A stretch of 37,070 nucleotides of DNA from Phascolarctobacterium sp. (GCA_019417125.1 DXVZ01000113.1:518-37587), one strand, 5' to 3'. Positions 19,752 to 29,879 are shown, counted from the stretch's first letter. Made by a program: numbers and translations. Notes: generated by a model from the sequence alone, not told the origin.

Positions 19752-21155
19752 ATGAAAAATAATACTTTAAAAGATTATCAGGAAGAAACAATCAGTGCCG
19801 TCTGCACGGCAATGGGCGAGGGAGCGGTAGGCATTATCCGCATCAGCGGCGAAAAAGCGCTTGCGGTTGGCGAGCAGCTTTTTAAGGCGGCGTCCGGCAA
19901 AAAGCTGGCTGCTTACCCTGTTAATACGCTTGTTTATGGGCATGTGTATGATACTGACGGCAGTGTTGTAGATGAAGTAATGGCTGTTTATATGCGTGCG
20001 CCGCATTCGTATACCGCCGAAGACGTTGTGGAAATCCAGTGCCATGGCGGTGTGCGTTCGCTGCAAAAAATTTTATCGCTTAGTTATGGCGCAGGTGCGC
20101 GCCCTGCTGAACCTGGCGAATTTACCAAGCGTGCATTTTTAAATGGACGTATTGATTTGGTGCAGGCAGAAGCGGTAATGGATATTATCAAATCCCGCAG
20201 CGACGCGGCTTTAAAGGTTGCCGTGCGCCAGCAGGAAGGGCAGCTTTCCGCGCAGGTACGTAATTTAAGAAAAGAGCTGCTGGATGTAATTGTTAATTTG
20301 GAAGCGGTTATAGATTATCCCGAGGACGATATTGAGGAAGTTACGTTTGCCAATGTTTTAAAAACTGTCGGCAATACGGCTGACGGTGTAAATAAGCTTT
20401 TGGAAAACGCCCACACCGGCAGAATTTTGCGCGAAGGCTTAAAAGTGGCAATTATCGGCAAGCCTAACGTCGGTAAATCGAGCTTTTTAAATTTTCTGCT
20501 GAAAGAGGACAGGGCGATTGTGTCGGAATTTGCCGGTACAACACGCGACGTTATTGAAGAACAGTTTTTGCTTGGCGGCATACCGATTGTGCTTGCCGAT
20601 ACGGCAGGTATACGCGAAACGGAGGACTATGTGGAGCGCATCGGTGTAGAAAAAAGCCGCCGCATTTTAAGCGAAGCGGAGCTTGCTATTGTGGTATTAG
20701 ATGGTTCTCAGCCGCTGACGGAGGAAGATTTGGAAATACTGCCGTTAGTTAAAGGTCGCCAGTATGTTATAATAATAAATAAGAGCGATTTAGGCAGCGC
20801 CGCTGTAAAACAAAGCCTGCCGGGCGAATTTAAAAATGCGCCGGTTATCGAGCTTTCGGCAAAAACTGGCGAGGGCTTTGACGCCTTTACCGGCTGGCTG
20901 CAGCAGTTTGTTTACGGTAACGACAGGCATTTGGGTGACGGCGTTTATGTGCAGAACGCACGCCACGAGCGTTTGCTGAAAGCCGCATTGGAAAGTATGA
21001 ATGACGCGCTGGCAGCGGCGCAAAGCCAGCTGCCGTATGATTGCATTATGATTGATTTGCGCAACGCTGCTGGTTTTCTTGGCGAGATAACGGGCGACAC
21101 CGTGCGCGATGAAATTATCAACGAAATCTTTTCTAAATTCTGTATCGGTAAATAA
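19752..21155 (+). CDS. mnmE: tRNA modification GTPase MnmE
   Basis: GKPNVGKSS, GTTRD, DTAG, NKSD, C-terminal FCIGK. Confidence 0.97.
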   Translation: MKNNTLKDYQEETISAVCTAMGEGAVGIIRISGEKALAVGEQLFKAASGKKLAAYPVNTLVYGHVYDTDGSVVDEVMAVYMRAPHSYTAEDVVEIQCHGGVRSLQKILSLSYGAGARPAEPGEFTKRAFLNGRIDLVQAEAVMDIIKSRSDAALKVAVRQQEGQLSAQVRNLRKELLDVIVNLEAVIDYPEDDIEEVTFANVLKTVGNTADGVNKLLENAHTGRILREGLKVAIIGKPNVGKSSFLNFLLKEDRAIVSEFAGTTRDVIEEQFLLGGIPIVLADTAGIRETEDYVERIGVEKSRRILSEAELAIVVLDGSQPLTEEDLEILPLVKGRQYVIIINKSDLGSAAVKQSLPGEFKNAPVIELSAKTGEGFDAFTGWLQQFVYGNDRHLGDGVYVQNARHERLLKAALESMNDALAAAQSQLPYDCIMIDLRNAAGFLGEITGDTVRDEIINEIFSKFCIGK

Positions 21156-21170
21156 TTTGCGGGTGAAAAT

Positions 21171-23054
21171 ATGTATATTACTGACAGTTATGACGTTATT
21201 GTTGTAGGGGCGGGGCATGCCGGCGTTGAAGCTGCACTGGCAGCGGCACGTTTGGGCGGCAAAACGCTTTTGGCAACGCTTTCTATGGATAATATTGCTT
21301 TAATGCCGTGCAACCCTTCGGTTGGCGGTCCGGCGAAAGGGCATTTGGTGCGTGAGATTGACGCTTTGGGCGGTGAAATGGGCATTGCCGCCGATAAGGC
21401 GTGCATTCAGATGCGCCTGCTGAATACTGGTAAGGGTTATGCGGTACAGGCACTGCGTGCGCAGGAGGATAAGCCTTTTTACCACACTATTATGAAACAG
21501 ACAGTGGAAAACCAGGAACACCTTGATGTTAAGCAGCTGATGATTGATAAGCTGCTGGTTGAAAACGGCGAAGTAGTTGGCGTGGAAGCAGAAACCGGTG
21601 AGGTATTTGAAGCAAAATGCGTTATTTTGGCAACAGGTACTTATCTGCGTGCCCGTATTGTGTATGGGCAGGTTAATTATGAATCGGGACCGAACGGACT
21701 GCGCAGTGCTAATAAGCTTTCGCAGTCGCTTTTGGAAAACGGCTTGGAGCTTATGCGTTTTAAAACCGGTACGCCGGCGCGTATTGATGCACGCAGCCTT
21801 GATTACAGCAAAATGGAAATCCAAAACGGCGACAGCAAGCTGCGTAATTTTTCGTTTATCAGTGATATTACGGAACGCAGCCAGGTACCATGCTGGCTTA
21901 CTTATACCAACGAGAAAACACATAAAATTATTCGCGATAATCTGCATTTATCTGGTATGTTTAACGGTATGATTGAAGGCGTGGGGCCGCGATACTGTCC
22001 TTCGATAGAATCTAAAATCGTGCGTTTTGCCAATAAAGAGCGCCACCAGCTGTTTATTGAACCGGAAGGGCTGCGCACTAACGAAATGTATGTGCAGGGT
22101 ATGTCCAGTTCGCTGCCGGCGGATGTACAGTTAAAATTTATGCAGACAATACCTGGTTTGGAAAACTGCCGTATGATGCGCGCTGGTTATGCTATTGATT
22201 ACGACTGTCTTGACCCATTACAGTTAAAAGCTTCGCTGGAACATAAAGGCATCAGCGGCTTGTTCTCGGCTGGGCAGTCCAACGGTACCAGCGGTTATGA
22301 AGAAGCGGCTGCCCAGGGTTTGATGGCAGGTATTAACGCCATGCGTAAAATCAACGGACAGGAAGCGTTTGTGCTGGGGAGAAATGATGCTTATATTGGT
22401 GTACTGATTGATGACCTTGTAACGAAAGGTACTAACGAACCGTATAGAATGATGACATCGCGTGCTGAATACCGGCTTTTGCTGCGCCAGGATAATGCTG
22501 ATTTGCGTTTGACGGAGAAGGGCAGGCAGATTGGCCTTGTTAACGATGAACGTTACGAAAAATTTACAGCCAAACGCAGCCAGCTGGAACGCATAATTCA
22601 TCAGCTTAGTACAACCAATGTTGCGCCGAATGCCGATAACGAGCAAAAAATGGCAAATATCGGCACTGCGCCAGTGCGGCCGGGCATGACGTTATTAGAC
22701 CTTTTACGCCGTGGAGAAGTTACTTATAAAAAATTAGCGGCAGAATTTGATTTGCCTGAACTGCCGGAGGTTGTTGCTGAACAGGCAGAAATTTTTGCTA
22801 AGTACGAAGGCTATATTAATAAACAAAAGCAGGAAGTAGAACGAGCCTTAAAACTGGAAAATAAGCTTATTCCGCAGGATATTAATTATCATGACATTAA
22901 AGAACTTTCTTCCGAAGCTGCTGAAAAACTTGATAAAATAAAACCTGTTTCGATTGGGCAGGCTTCGCGTATTTCTGGAGTTTCGCCGGCAGATATTAAT
23001 GTTTTGATGATTGTACTGGAAGTAAAGCGCCGCAAGGAGCAGGACGATGACTGA
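21171..23054 (+). CDS. mnmG: tRNA uridine-5-carboxymethylaminomethyl(34) synthesis enzyme MnmG
   Basis: [44 protein letters not shown]. Confidence 0.98.
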   Translation: MYITDSYDVIVVGAGHAGVEAALAAARLGGKTLLATLSMDNIALMPCNPSVGGPAKGHLVREIDALGGEMGIAADKACIQMRLLNTGKGYAVQALRAQEDKPFYHTIMKQTVENQEHLDVKQLMIDKLLVENGEVVGVEAETGEVFEAKCVILATGTYLRARIVYGQVNYESGPNGLRSANKLSQSLLENGLELMRFKTGTPARIDARSLDYSKMEIQNGDSKLRNFSFISDITERSQVPCWLTYTNEKTHKIIRDNLHLSGMFNGMIEGVGPRYCPSIESKIVRFANKERHQLFIEPEGLRTNEMYVQGMSSSLPADVQLKFMQTIPGLENCRMMRAGYAIDYDCLDPLQLKASLEHKGISGLFSAGQSNGTSGYEEAAAQGLMAGINAMRKINGQEAFVLGRNDAYIGVLIDDLVTKGTNEPYRMMTSRAEYRLLLRQDNADLRLTEKGRQIGLVNDERYEKFTAKRSQLERIIHQLSTTNVAPNADNEQKMANIGTAPVRPGMTLLDLLRRGEVTYKKLAAEFDLPELPEVVAEQAEIFAKYEGYINKQKQEVERALKLENKLIPQDINYHDIKELSSEAAEKLDKIKPVSIGQASRISGVSPADINVLMIVLEVKRRKEQDDD

Positions 23055-23763
23055 GTTTCAGAAAATACTTGATAATAGTGCCAGACAAGCCGGATTTAAT
23101 TTATCGGCTGCTCAGTTAGAGCAGTTTGACCTTTATTACCAAATGCTTGTTGAAACGAATAAAGTGATGAACCTTACCGCCCTTACTGAACCGCAGGACG
23201 TTGCGGTAAAGCACTTTGTTGATTCGCTGATGGCTTATGACGATTATTTCCCGGGCAAAGTTTTGGCGGACGTCGGCACGGGAGCGGGGTTTCCAGGTAT
23301 ACCGCTGAAAATTTACTGCCCTTCTTTAAAAGTAGTTTTAATTGATTCGCTTGCCAAGCGTTTGCACTTTTTGCAGCAGGTGATAGAGGCTTTAAAACTG
23401 GAAAACATCGAATGCGTGCATTTGCGTGCCGAAGATGCAGGAAAAAGCAAGCTGCACCGCGAAAAATATGATATCGTGACGGCACGTGCCGTTGCAAGGC
23501 TGTCGGTTTTATCGGAATACTGCTTGCCGCTTGTTAAAATAGGCGGTATGTTTGTTGCGTTAAAAGGCGCAAAATATAAAGAGGAAATTGAAGCTGCCGG
23601 TAAAGCGTTAAGCGTTTTGGGCGGTAAGCTGGTATCTGCCAGTAGGGTAGAGCTCCCCGGCCTTAACGATGGGCGCGCGGTAGTGAGCATCAAAAAAATT
23701 AAGCCTTCACCCAAGGCTTATCCGCGCAAAGCAGGCTTACCCGAAAAAAATCCTTTGGAATGA
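23047..23763 (+). CDS. rsmG: 16S rRNA m7G527 methyltransferase RsmG
   Basis: [33 protein letters not shown]. Confidence 0.96.
   Translation: MTEFQKILDNSARQAGFNLSAAQLEQFDLYYQMLVETNKVMNLTALTEPQDVAVKHFVDSLMAYDDYFPGKVLADVGTGAGFPGIPLKIYCPSLKVVLIDSLAKRLHFLQQVIEALKLENIECVHLRAEDAGKSKLHREKYDIVTARAVARLSVLSEYCLPLVKIGGMFVALKGAKYKEEIEAAGKALSVLGGKLVSASRVELPGLNDGRAVVSIKKIKPSPKAYPRKAGLPEKNPLE
23246..23259. promoter_or_regulatory. Candidate Noc-binding site (NBS)
   Basis: ATTTCCCGGGCAAA, 12/14 match to ATTTCCCGGGAAAT, inside rsmG. Confidence 0.4.
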
Positions 23764-23775
23764 TGGAGGTTACCT

Positions 23776-24651
23776 ATGTTTGTTGAAGATGGTTTTAAAA
23801 TTTTACAGACAGAAAAGGAAAGCGGTTCGGTTATTAAATATTTCAGCAGTGAAATTAAAGTAACGCGCATACCTGTTGAAAAAATTATGCCTAACCCGTA
23901 TCAGCCTCGTAAGGATTTTGAGGAGGACGCTTTGGAAGATTTGGCGGCTTCTATTGCAGAATACGGCGTTTTGCAGCCCTTGCTTGTTGCCATGGGCAAT
24001 GACGGCAATTATATACTGATTGCCGGTGAACGGCGCTTGCGCGCTTCTAAAATGGCTGGTCTCAGCGATGTACCTGCTATCGTCAGTAATTATACAGACC
24101 AGCAGAGCGCGGAAATTGCTTTAATTGAAAATTTACAGCGTGCTGACCTGCACTTTTTGGAAGAAGCCGAAGGCTACGAAAAACTTATGACGCAGTTCAA
24201 CCTGACCCAGGAAGCTATGGCGCAGCGCGTAGGGAAGAAGCAGTCTACTATTGCCAATAAACTGCGTTTATTAAATTTATCTGCCGAAGTGCGCAACACT
24301 TTAAAAGAATCGCAGCTTACGGAAAGGCACGGCAGGGCGCTTTTAAAATTAAAAGATAAAGAACAGCAGAAACAGGTTTTAAAACTGATTATTAAAAACG
24401 GTTGGAATGTTAAACAGACTGATGATTATGTTGCTAAACTTTTAGCAGAGCAAACGCCAAAACCTAAAAAACGCCTGATTATTGTTAACGACGTAAGGGT
24501 TTATTTAAACAGCGTAAGGAAAATTATTAGCACCATTAACGATGCTGGGATTCCTGCACAGATTAAACAAGAAGTTGAAGGCGACGATGTTGTGGTAACT
24601 CTGCGCATTAAAAACACCAAAAAACCAAAAATTGCTGGCACAAAACAGTAA
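23776..24651 (+). CDS. noc: Nucleoid occlusion protein Noc (ParB family)
   Basis: PNPYQPR, AGERRLRA, ENLQR, Noc-type HTH QSTIANKLRLL and TERH; position after rsmG. Confidence 0.88.
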   Translation: MFVEDGFKILQTEKESGSVIKYFSSEIKVTRIPVEKIMPNPYQPRKDFEEDALEDLAASIAEYGVLQPLLVAMGNDGNYILIAGERRLRASKMAGLSDVPAIVSNYTDQQSAEIALIENLQRADLHFLEEAEGYEKLMTQFNLTQEAMAQRVGKKQSTIANKLRLLNLSAEVRNTLKESQLTERHGRALLKLKDKEQQKQVLKLIIKNGWNVKQTDDYVAKLLAEQTPKPKKRLIIVNDVRVYLNSVRKIISTINDAGIPAQIKQEVEGDDVVVTLRIKNTKKPKIAGTKQ

Positions 24652-24678
24652 TTGCGGATAATACTGTTGCTTACGTTT

Positions 24679-24710
24679 AAAACAGAAGCTGCAAAAGTTT
24701 CTGTTTTTTT
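24679..24710 (+). terminator. Intrinsic terminator after noc
   Basis: aaaacagaagct-N5-agtttctgtttt plus a T-run. Confidence 0.7.
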
Positions 24711-24803
24711 GTTTTTACACAAAAAATATTATCTTCTTGCTCCATAATATGATAAAATTAAATTAAAGAACAGCCTTGCAAGTTTATCAAAGGGGTGAGT
24801 TGT

Positions 24804-25082
24804 ATGAGTGATATGATGATGTATGCCGTAATTGCAGGTATTGCTGCTGGTGTATTTTTTTATATGTTTAAAAAAGCCAGCGGCGGCGATTATAAGCCTA
24901 TTGAATTAAAAAATTGCCCGCTGTGCGGTAAAAAAACAGCTAAGTTTGTAACCATGGGCACCTTTAAGCATGATACACTTAATAAAGTTATTTGCACTTC
25001 ATGCAATGCTTCTACTGAAGATTATACATCTTATAAGAAAGCTGCCGAGGCCTGGAATAAGGGTGAAGTTAAAATAAAATAA
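24804..25082 (+). CDS. Small protein: N-terminal TM helix plus Lar (restriction alleviation)-like Zn ribbon
   Basis: TM YAVIAGIAAGVFFYMF; ELKNCPLCG...VICTSC...AAEAWN resembles the Lar-family signature; GGGGTG RBS before ATG 24804. Confidence 0.65.
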   Translation: MSDMMMYAVIAGIAAGVFFYMFKKASGGDYKPIELKNCPLCGKKTAKFVTMGTFKHDTLNKVICTSCNASTEDYTSYKKAAEAWNKGEVKIK

Positions 25083-25092
25083 GTAAATTTTC

Positions 25093-25124
25093 AACTCCGG
25101 TTTTTAGCAGCCGGAGTTTTATTT
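25093..25124 (+). terminator. Intrinsic terminator after the Lar-like gene
   Basis: aactccgg-N10-ccggagtt followed by a T-rich tract. Confidence 0.65.
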
Positions 25125-25195
25125 AATTTTACTAATGCTTTTTGGTAATAAATATAGTAAAATAGTATACAAAGCTGCTTTATGGAGGTTAAATT

Positions 25196-26215
25196 ATGGA
25201 TTATAGTGAAGTTTTGCAAAATGCAAGAAAACTTATCGATAACGCTAAATGTAAGGCATGCCCTGTCTGCAACGGGCTGGCGTGCCGCAACACTATTCCC
25301 GGCCCTGGCGCTAAGGGTGTGGGCGATACTGCTATCCGCAATTACCAAAAATGGCAGGAAATCCGTGTGCAGATGGATACGCTGCATGAGAATAAACCTG
25401 TTGATATGACTGTCAATTTATTTAGGCGCGAATTTAGGTATCCGTTTTTTGCAGGTCCTGTTGGCGCTATTAGCTTGCATTATAGTGATGCGCTTGACGA
25501 GCTGACTTATAATAAAATTTTGGTAGCTGCCTGTGCGCAGAACGGCATTGCTGCTTTTACAGGCGACGGTTTGGACAGTAAGGTTATGGTAAGCGCAACG
25601 GAAGCTATTGCTGCTGCTGGCGGTGCTGGCATACCTACCGTTAAACCTTGGAATTTACCGCTGATTAAAGAGAAATTGCAGTTGGTAAAAAACAGCGGCG
25701 CTTTTGCTGTGGCAATGGATATCGACGCTGCTGGGCTGCCGTTTTTAAAAAATATGCAGCCGCCTGCAGGCAGTAAATCGGTAGAAGAACTTGCGGAAAT
25801 TGTTAAAGAAGCAGGTATTCCTTTCATTGTTAAAGGCATAATGACGGTAAGCGGCGCGCTTAAGGCACATGCTGCCGGCGCTGCGGCTATTATTGTTTCC
25901 AATCACGGCGGCAGGGTGCTTGACCAATGTTCCGCAACTGCTGAAGTTCTGGAAGAAATTTGCCATGCTGTCGGCGGCGGAATGAAAGTTCTCGTCGATG
26001 GTGGCATCCGCAGCGGCGTTGATGTTTTTAAAGCTTTAGCACTTGGTGCAGATGGCGTTGTTATTGCACGCCCATTTGTTACGGCGGTTTATGGCGGCAG
26101 AGAAGAAGGCGTAAAGGTTTATATTGAAAAACTTGCTGGTGAACTTGAAGATACGATGAAAATGTGCGGCGCGGAAAAACTTGCTGATATTAACCGCGAT
26201 ATGGTGCGCATTTGA
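25196..26215 (+). CDS. FMN-dependent alpha-hydroxy acid oxidase/dehydrogenase family protein
   Basis: PFIVKGI, VSNHGGR catalytic motif, VDGGIRSGVDVFKALALGA; N-terminal Cys cluster. Confidence 0.9.
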   Translation: MDYSEVLQNARKLIDNAKCKACPVCNGLACRNTIPGPGAKGVGDTAIRNYQKWQEIRVQMDTLHENKPVDMTVNLFRREFRYPFFAGPVGAISLHYSDALDELTYNKILVAACAQNGIAAFTGDGLDSKVMVSATEAIAAAGGAGIPTVKPWNLPLIKEKLQLVKNSGAFAVAMDIDAAGLPFLKNMQPPAGSKSVEELAEIVKEAGIPFIVKGIMTVSGALKAHAAGAAAIIVSNHGGRVLDQCSATAEVLEEICHAVGGGMKVLVDGGIRSGVDVFKALALGADGVVIARPFVTAVYGGREEGVKVYIEKLAGELEDTMKMCGAEKLADINRDMVRI

Positions 26216-26228
26216 CGGAGGGGTTAAT

Positions 26229-26699
26229 TTGTCAATAGAAAAGGTAAGGTCCTATTTTAAAAAACGTGGCATGGAAGACCAAATATTGGAATTTGATGTT
26301 TCCAGTGCTACGGTAGAACTGGCTGCAAAAGCACTTAACTGTGATGGCAGCCTGATTGCTAAAACACTTTCGTTTATGGTGCACGATGAAGTAATTTTAG
26401 TAGTTGCCCCCGGTGATGTTAAAATAGACAACCACAAATATAAAATGCGTTTTGGCGTTAAGGCAAAAATGCTGGCAGCGGAGGACGCCGAAAAATTAAT
26501 TGGACACGCTGTCGGCGGTGTCTGCCCGTTTGCCGTTAACGATGGGGTAAAAGTATTTTTGGATGAATCCTTAAAGCGATTTGATTTTGTTTATCCGGCT
26601 TGCGGCAGTTCTAACAGTGCCATTAAATTAACGATACCGGAGCTTGAAAAAAATACCGACCATTTTTCCGGCTGGGTTGATGTTTGTAAGTTTAAATAA
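26229..26699 (+). CDS. YbaK/EbsC (aminoacyl-tRNA trans-editing) family protein
   Basis: SATVELAA, IAKTL, GHAVGGVCPF, ACGSSN; TTG start after a GGAGG RBS. Confidence 0.9.
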   Translation: MSIEKVRSYFKKRGMEDQILEFDVSSATVELAAKALNCDGSLIAKTLSFMVHDEVILVVAPGDVKIDNHKYKMRFGVKAKMLAAEDAEKLIGHAVGGVCPFAVNDGVKVFLDESLKRFDFVYPACGSSNSAIKLTIPELEKNTDHFSGWVDVCKFK

Positions 26700-26730
26700 A
26701 AAAATGCGGCTTATGCCGCGTTTTTTATTT
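26694..26730 (+). terminator. Intrinsic terminator after ybaK
   Basis: A-run, gcggc-ttat-gccgc, T-run. Confidence 0.7.
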
Positions 26731-26837
26731 GCTTAATGTGCTGTAAATTCTATTTGCTTTAATAATTTTTGCTGCTGCGCAGTTTATTTACAAATCTTTT
26801 ATTATATTATTTGACAGCTGTTAGTTGAAGTACATTT

Positions 26838-26853
26838 TGTTTCACGTGAAACG
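26838..26853. promoter_or_regulatory. parS site upstream of soj
   Basis: TGTTTCACGTGAAACG, 15/16 match to TGTTTCACGTGAAACA. Confidence 0.9.
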
Positions 26854-26945
26854 TAAAAAACTTTTTGCTTTTCTATATGTTTGCATGTAAAAATGTGATA
26901 AAATTATTAAGAAAGTTTAGTGAGTTTTTTTATGAGGTGAGAAGT

Positions 26946-27707
26946 TTGGTAAAGGTAATTGCTATTGCAAATCAAAAGGGTGGTGTAGGCAAAACCACAA
27001 CGGCTGTAAACCTTGCTGCCTGTTTGGCGCAAAAGGGGCGCAAGGTGTTGATGCTTGACGCTGACCCACAGGGCAACGCCACCAGCGGCCTTGGCTTTGA
27101 TAAACGAGACATAAAAAAATGTATATACGATACCTTGATTAACGATGTTTTAATGAAAGATGTTTTACTGCACAGCGATTACGAAAATCTTGACGTTGTT
27201 CCTGCAACGATTCAGCTTGCCGGTGCTGAAATTGAACTGGTAAGCCTGATGAATAGGGAAGGTCGTTTAAAAAACGCGCTGGAACGTGTAAAGCACGATT
27301 ACGACTATGTTTTAATTGACTGCCCGCCTTCGCTGGGGCTTTTAACTATTAATGCGCTGACTGCGGCAAACTCTGTGCTGGTGCCAATCCAGTGCGAATT
27401 TTATGCTTTGGAGGGTGTCAGCCAGCTAATGAATACTATTAAACTTGTGCAGCGCAACCTTAACCCGGCGTTGAAGCTGGAGGGCGTTTTAATGACGATG
27501 TTTGACCAGCGCACAAATTTATCAAGCGACGTTGTAGGTGAAGTACGTAAGTATTTTAATACTAAAATGTATAATACCATTATTCCACGCAACGTACGTT
27601 TAAGCGAAGCGCCGAGCCACGGGCAGCCGGTAATTGTGTATGACCCTAAATCTAAAGGTGCGCAGGTATATATGGAACTTGCGCAGGAGGTACTGGGTGA
27701 TGAATAA
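26946..27707 (+). CDS. soj: Chromosome partitioning ATPase Soj/ParA
   Basis: NQKGGVGKTTT deviant Walker A, DPQGNA, IDCPPSLG, IPRNVRLSEAPSHG; TTG start after GAGGTG. Confidence 0.96.
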   Translation: MVKVIAIANQKGGVGKTTTAVNLAACLAQKGRKVLMLDADPQGNATSGLGFDKRDIKKCIYDTLINDVLMKDVLLHSDYENLDVVPATIQLAGAEIELVSLMNREGRLKNALERVKHDYDYVLIDCPPSLGLLTINALTAANSVLVPIQCEFYALEGVSQLMNTIKLVQRNLNPALKLEGVLMTMFDQRTNLSSDVVGEVRKYFNTKMYNTIIPRNVRLSEAPSHGQPVIVYDPKSKGAQVYMELAQEVLGDE

Positions 27708-28650
27708 AAAAGGTTTAGGCAAGGGTTTGGGCGCAATTTTTACTGATAACGAAACCTTAGCTCCGGTTGAAGAAGTACAGCCGCATGAAAAAGAAATAGA
27801 GATTGCGGTTAACGAAATAATTCCTAATCCGCAGCAGCCTCGTAAAACTTTTGACGCTGAAAAATTAGCGGAACTTGCTGAAAGCATTAAGGAACACGGC
27901 GTTATTCAACCGCTGATTGTACGTAAGGCTGGCGCTAAATATGAAATAGTTGCTGGTGAACGCCGTTGGCGTGCTGCAAAGGACGCTAAATTAAAAACTG
28001 TACCTGTTATTGTACGTGAATATGATAACGCCAAAATGGCGGAAATTGCGCTTGTTGAAAATATTCAGCGCCATGACTTGAACGCTATTGAAGAAGCGGA
28101 AGGCATTAAACGTTTAATGACTGAATTTGGCTTTAACCAGGAACAGGCTGCAAAGAAAATTGGGCGCAGCCGTACGGCGGTAACTAATATTTTGCGTTTG
28201 TTGAATTTGCCGGAAAGCATCCGCAAAGCTGTTTCACGTGAAACGTTGACGATGGGGCAGGTAAGGCCGCTTTTAGCACTGGAAAATAAAGAGCAGCAGG
28301 AAAAAGTGGCGGTATTTATTGAAGAACAAGGCTTATCCGCACGCATGGCGGAAGAACTTGTAAAAAAAATTAAAGCCGGTGAAGAAATTGATTTAAGCGG
28401 CAAACAAAAAGAAACTAAAACCAAAGCTGCCGTTAAAAAACAAAGGCCGGAAATTGACGTTTACTGCCGTGATTTTCAGAATAAACTGATTGAACTTTTG
28501 GGTACTAAAGTAAGGGTTGTGCCTAAAAATGAAAAACAGGGTAAAATAGAAATTGAATATTATTCAGCAGATGATCTGGAAAGAATTTACGAACTTTTAG
28601 AGCGCCGTCCGCAAACAACTATTAAAAAAGAACATAAATTGACGGTGTAA
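27700..28650 (+). CDS. parB: Chromosome partitioning protein ParB/Spo0J
   Basis: KKGLGKGLGA N-terminus, QPRKTF, AGERRWRAA, ENIQR, HTH, GKIEIEY; GGAGG RBS; overlaps the soj stop. Confidence 0.96.
   Translation: MNKKGLGKGLGAIFTDNETLAPVEEVQPHEKEIEIAVNEIIPNPQQPRKTFDAEKLAELAESIKEHGVIQPLIVRKAGAKYEIVAGERRWRAAKDAKLKTVPVIVREYDNAKMAEIALVENIQRHDLNAIEEAEGIKRLMTEFGFNQEQAAKKIGRSRTAVTNILRLLNLPESIRKAVSRETLTMGQVRPLLALENKEQQEKVAVFIEEQGLSARMAEELVKKIKAGEEIDLSGKQKETKTKAAVKKQRPEIDVYCRDFQNKLIELLGTKVRVVPKNEKQGKIEIEYYSADDLERIYELLERRPQTTIKKEHKLTV
28230..28245. promoter_or_regulatory. parS site inside parB
   Basis: TGTTTCACGTGAAACG, identical to the 26838 copy; encodes VSRET. Confidence 0.88.
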
Positions 28651-28680
28651 TATTTTGTTTAAAATAAGGGAGAGAAGATT

Positions 28681-29376
28681 ATGATCGGTATGGGTACAGT
28701 TGCCAATACGTCGGCAATTATAGCCGGAACTATGCTTGGTTTGTTTTTGCGCCGCGGTTTGCCGGAGAAATGGCGTGAAACAATTATGCAGGGCGTTGCG
28801 CTATGCATTATTGTTATCGGTCTGCAAATGGCGTTTGAAACAAAAAACATAATTATTTGCGTAGTAAGCTTGGTTATTGGTTCAATTATCGGCGAAGCCA
28901 GTAATATTGAAGGGCATTTACAGCGCTTTGGCAATTGGGCCGGTGCTAAAATTAATAACGGCGGAGGCGGAGCTTCTAAAAAAATTGCCGATGCATTTAT
29001 AGCAGCCAGCTTGATTTACTGCATTGGAGCTATGGCTGTGGTTGGCAGTTTGCAGGACGGGCTGATGGGCGACCCAACAATTTTATATGCCAAAGCGACG
29101 CTGGACGGTATTATTGCCGTTATTTTAGCAGCGAATATGGGAATCGGCGTAGCATTGTCGGCGTTGTGCGTACTGCTTTACCAGGGGACGCTGACGACGC
29201 TGGCAAGTTTTTTACAGTCTTATATGACGGAAGCCGTTATTGCCGAGGTCACTGCCTGCGGCGGTGTTATGATTGTCGCTATCGGCATTAATATGCTGAA
29301 ATTGCTGGAAATACGCTTGTCCAATCAATTGCCGGCAGTGTTTATTGCCGGGATTATTACTTATTTAATGGCTTGA
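28681..29376 (+). CDS. DUF554 family membrane protein
   Basis: GTVAN, SLVIGSIIGE, ASLIYCIGAMAVVGSLQDGL, LYAKATLDG. Confidence 0.88.
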   Translation: MIGMGTVANTSAIIAGTMLGLFLRRGLPEKWRETIMQGVALCIIVIGLQMAFETKNIIICVVSLVIGSIIGEASNIEGHLQRFGNWAGAKINNGGGGASKKIADAFIAASLIYCIGAMAVVGSLQDGLMGDPTILYAKATLDGIIAVILAANMGIGVALSALCVLLYQGTLTTLASFLQSYMTEAVIAEVTACGGVMIVAIGINMLKLLEIRLSNQLPAVFIAGIITYLMA

Positions 29377-29393
29377 TTGTGGGAGGAAGCATT

Positions 29394-29879
29394 TTGGAGA
29401 ATATCAATTTATTATTGCAGAATTACTTGCTGATTATAATTTTAGTGCTGCTGGCGTTTTTAGTAATATTGTTTATGTTATATAAAGGACAGAAAAAAGA
29501 GTTGGAGGCACTGAAAGAAAAATATGACTTTTTTACGCAGGGTGATAATACCAACTGGGATGAACTGTTAACCAAAACTTTAACAGAAGTGCGTGCAGCT
29601 AAAACCGATATGCAGACTCTGGAAGCAAACCAGCAGGCAATGCGCGAACAGATGAAAAACTGTGTGCAGAAAGTAAAACTGATGCGTTATAATGCTTTTG
29701 CCGATACTGGCAGCGATTTAAGCTATTCGCTTGCGCTGCTTGACGAAAACAATAACGGTGTAGTACTTTCGAGTATATATGGCAGGGAGGATAACAGGAC
29801 TTACGCCAAGCCAATAGAAAACGGCAAATCTACTTATAACCTTTCGGACGAGGAAAAACAAGTTCTACCAAAAAACTAA
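29394..29879 (+). CDS. DUF4446 family protein (N-terminal TM, coiled coil)
   Basis: RYNAFADTGSDLSYSLALLDENNNGVVLSSIYGRE...YAKPI; TTG start after GGAGG. Confidence 0.82.
   Translation: MENINLLLQNYLLIIILVLLAFLVILFMLYKGQKKELEALKEKYDFFTQGDNTNWDELLTKTLTEVRAAKTDMQTLEANQQAMREQMKNCVQKVKLMRYNAFADTGSDLSYSLALLDENNNGVVLSSIYGREDNRTYAKPIENGKSTYNLSDEEKQVLPKN

Noticed and set aside
26811..26836. TTGACA...TACATT as the soj promoter
   Set aside because: The spacer is only 14 nt
26879..26894. Degenerate parS-like strings (here and near 30040-30055)
   Set aside because: About 9/16 matches or fewer with a broken palindrome; expected by chance in AT-rich DNA
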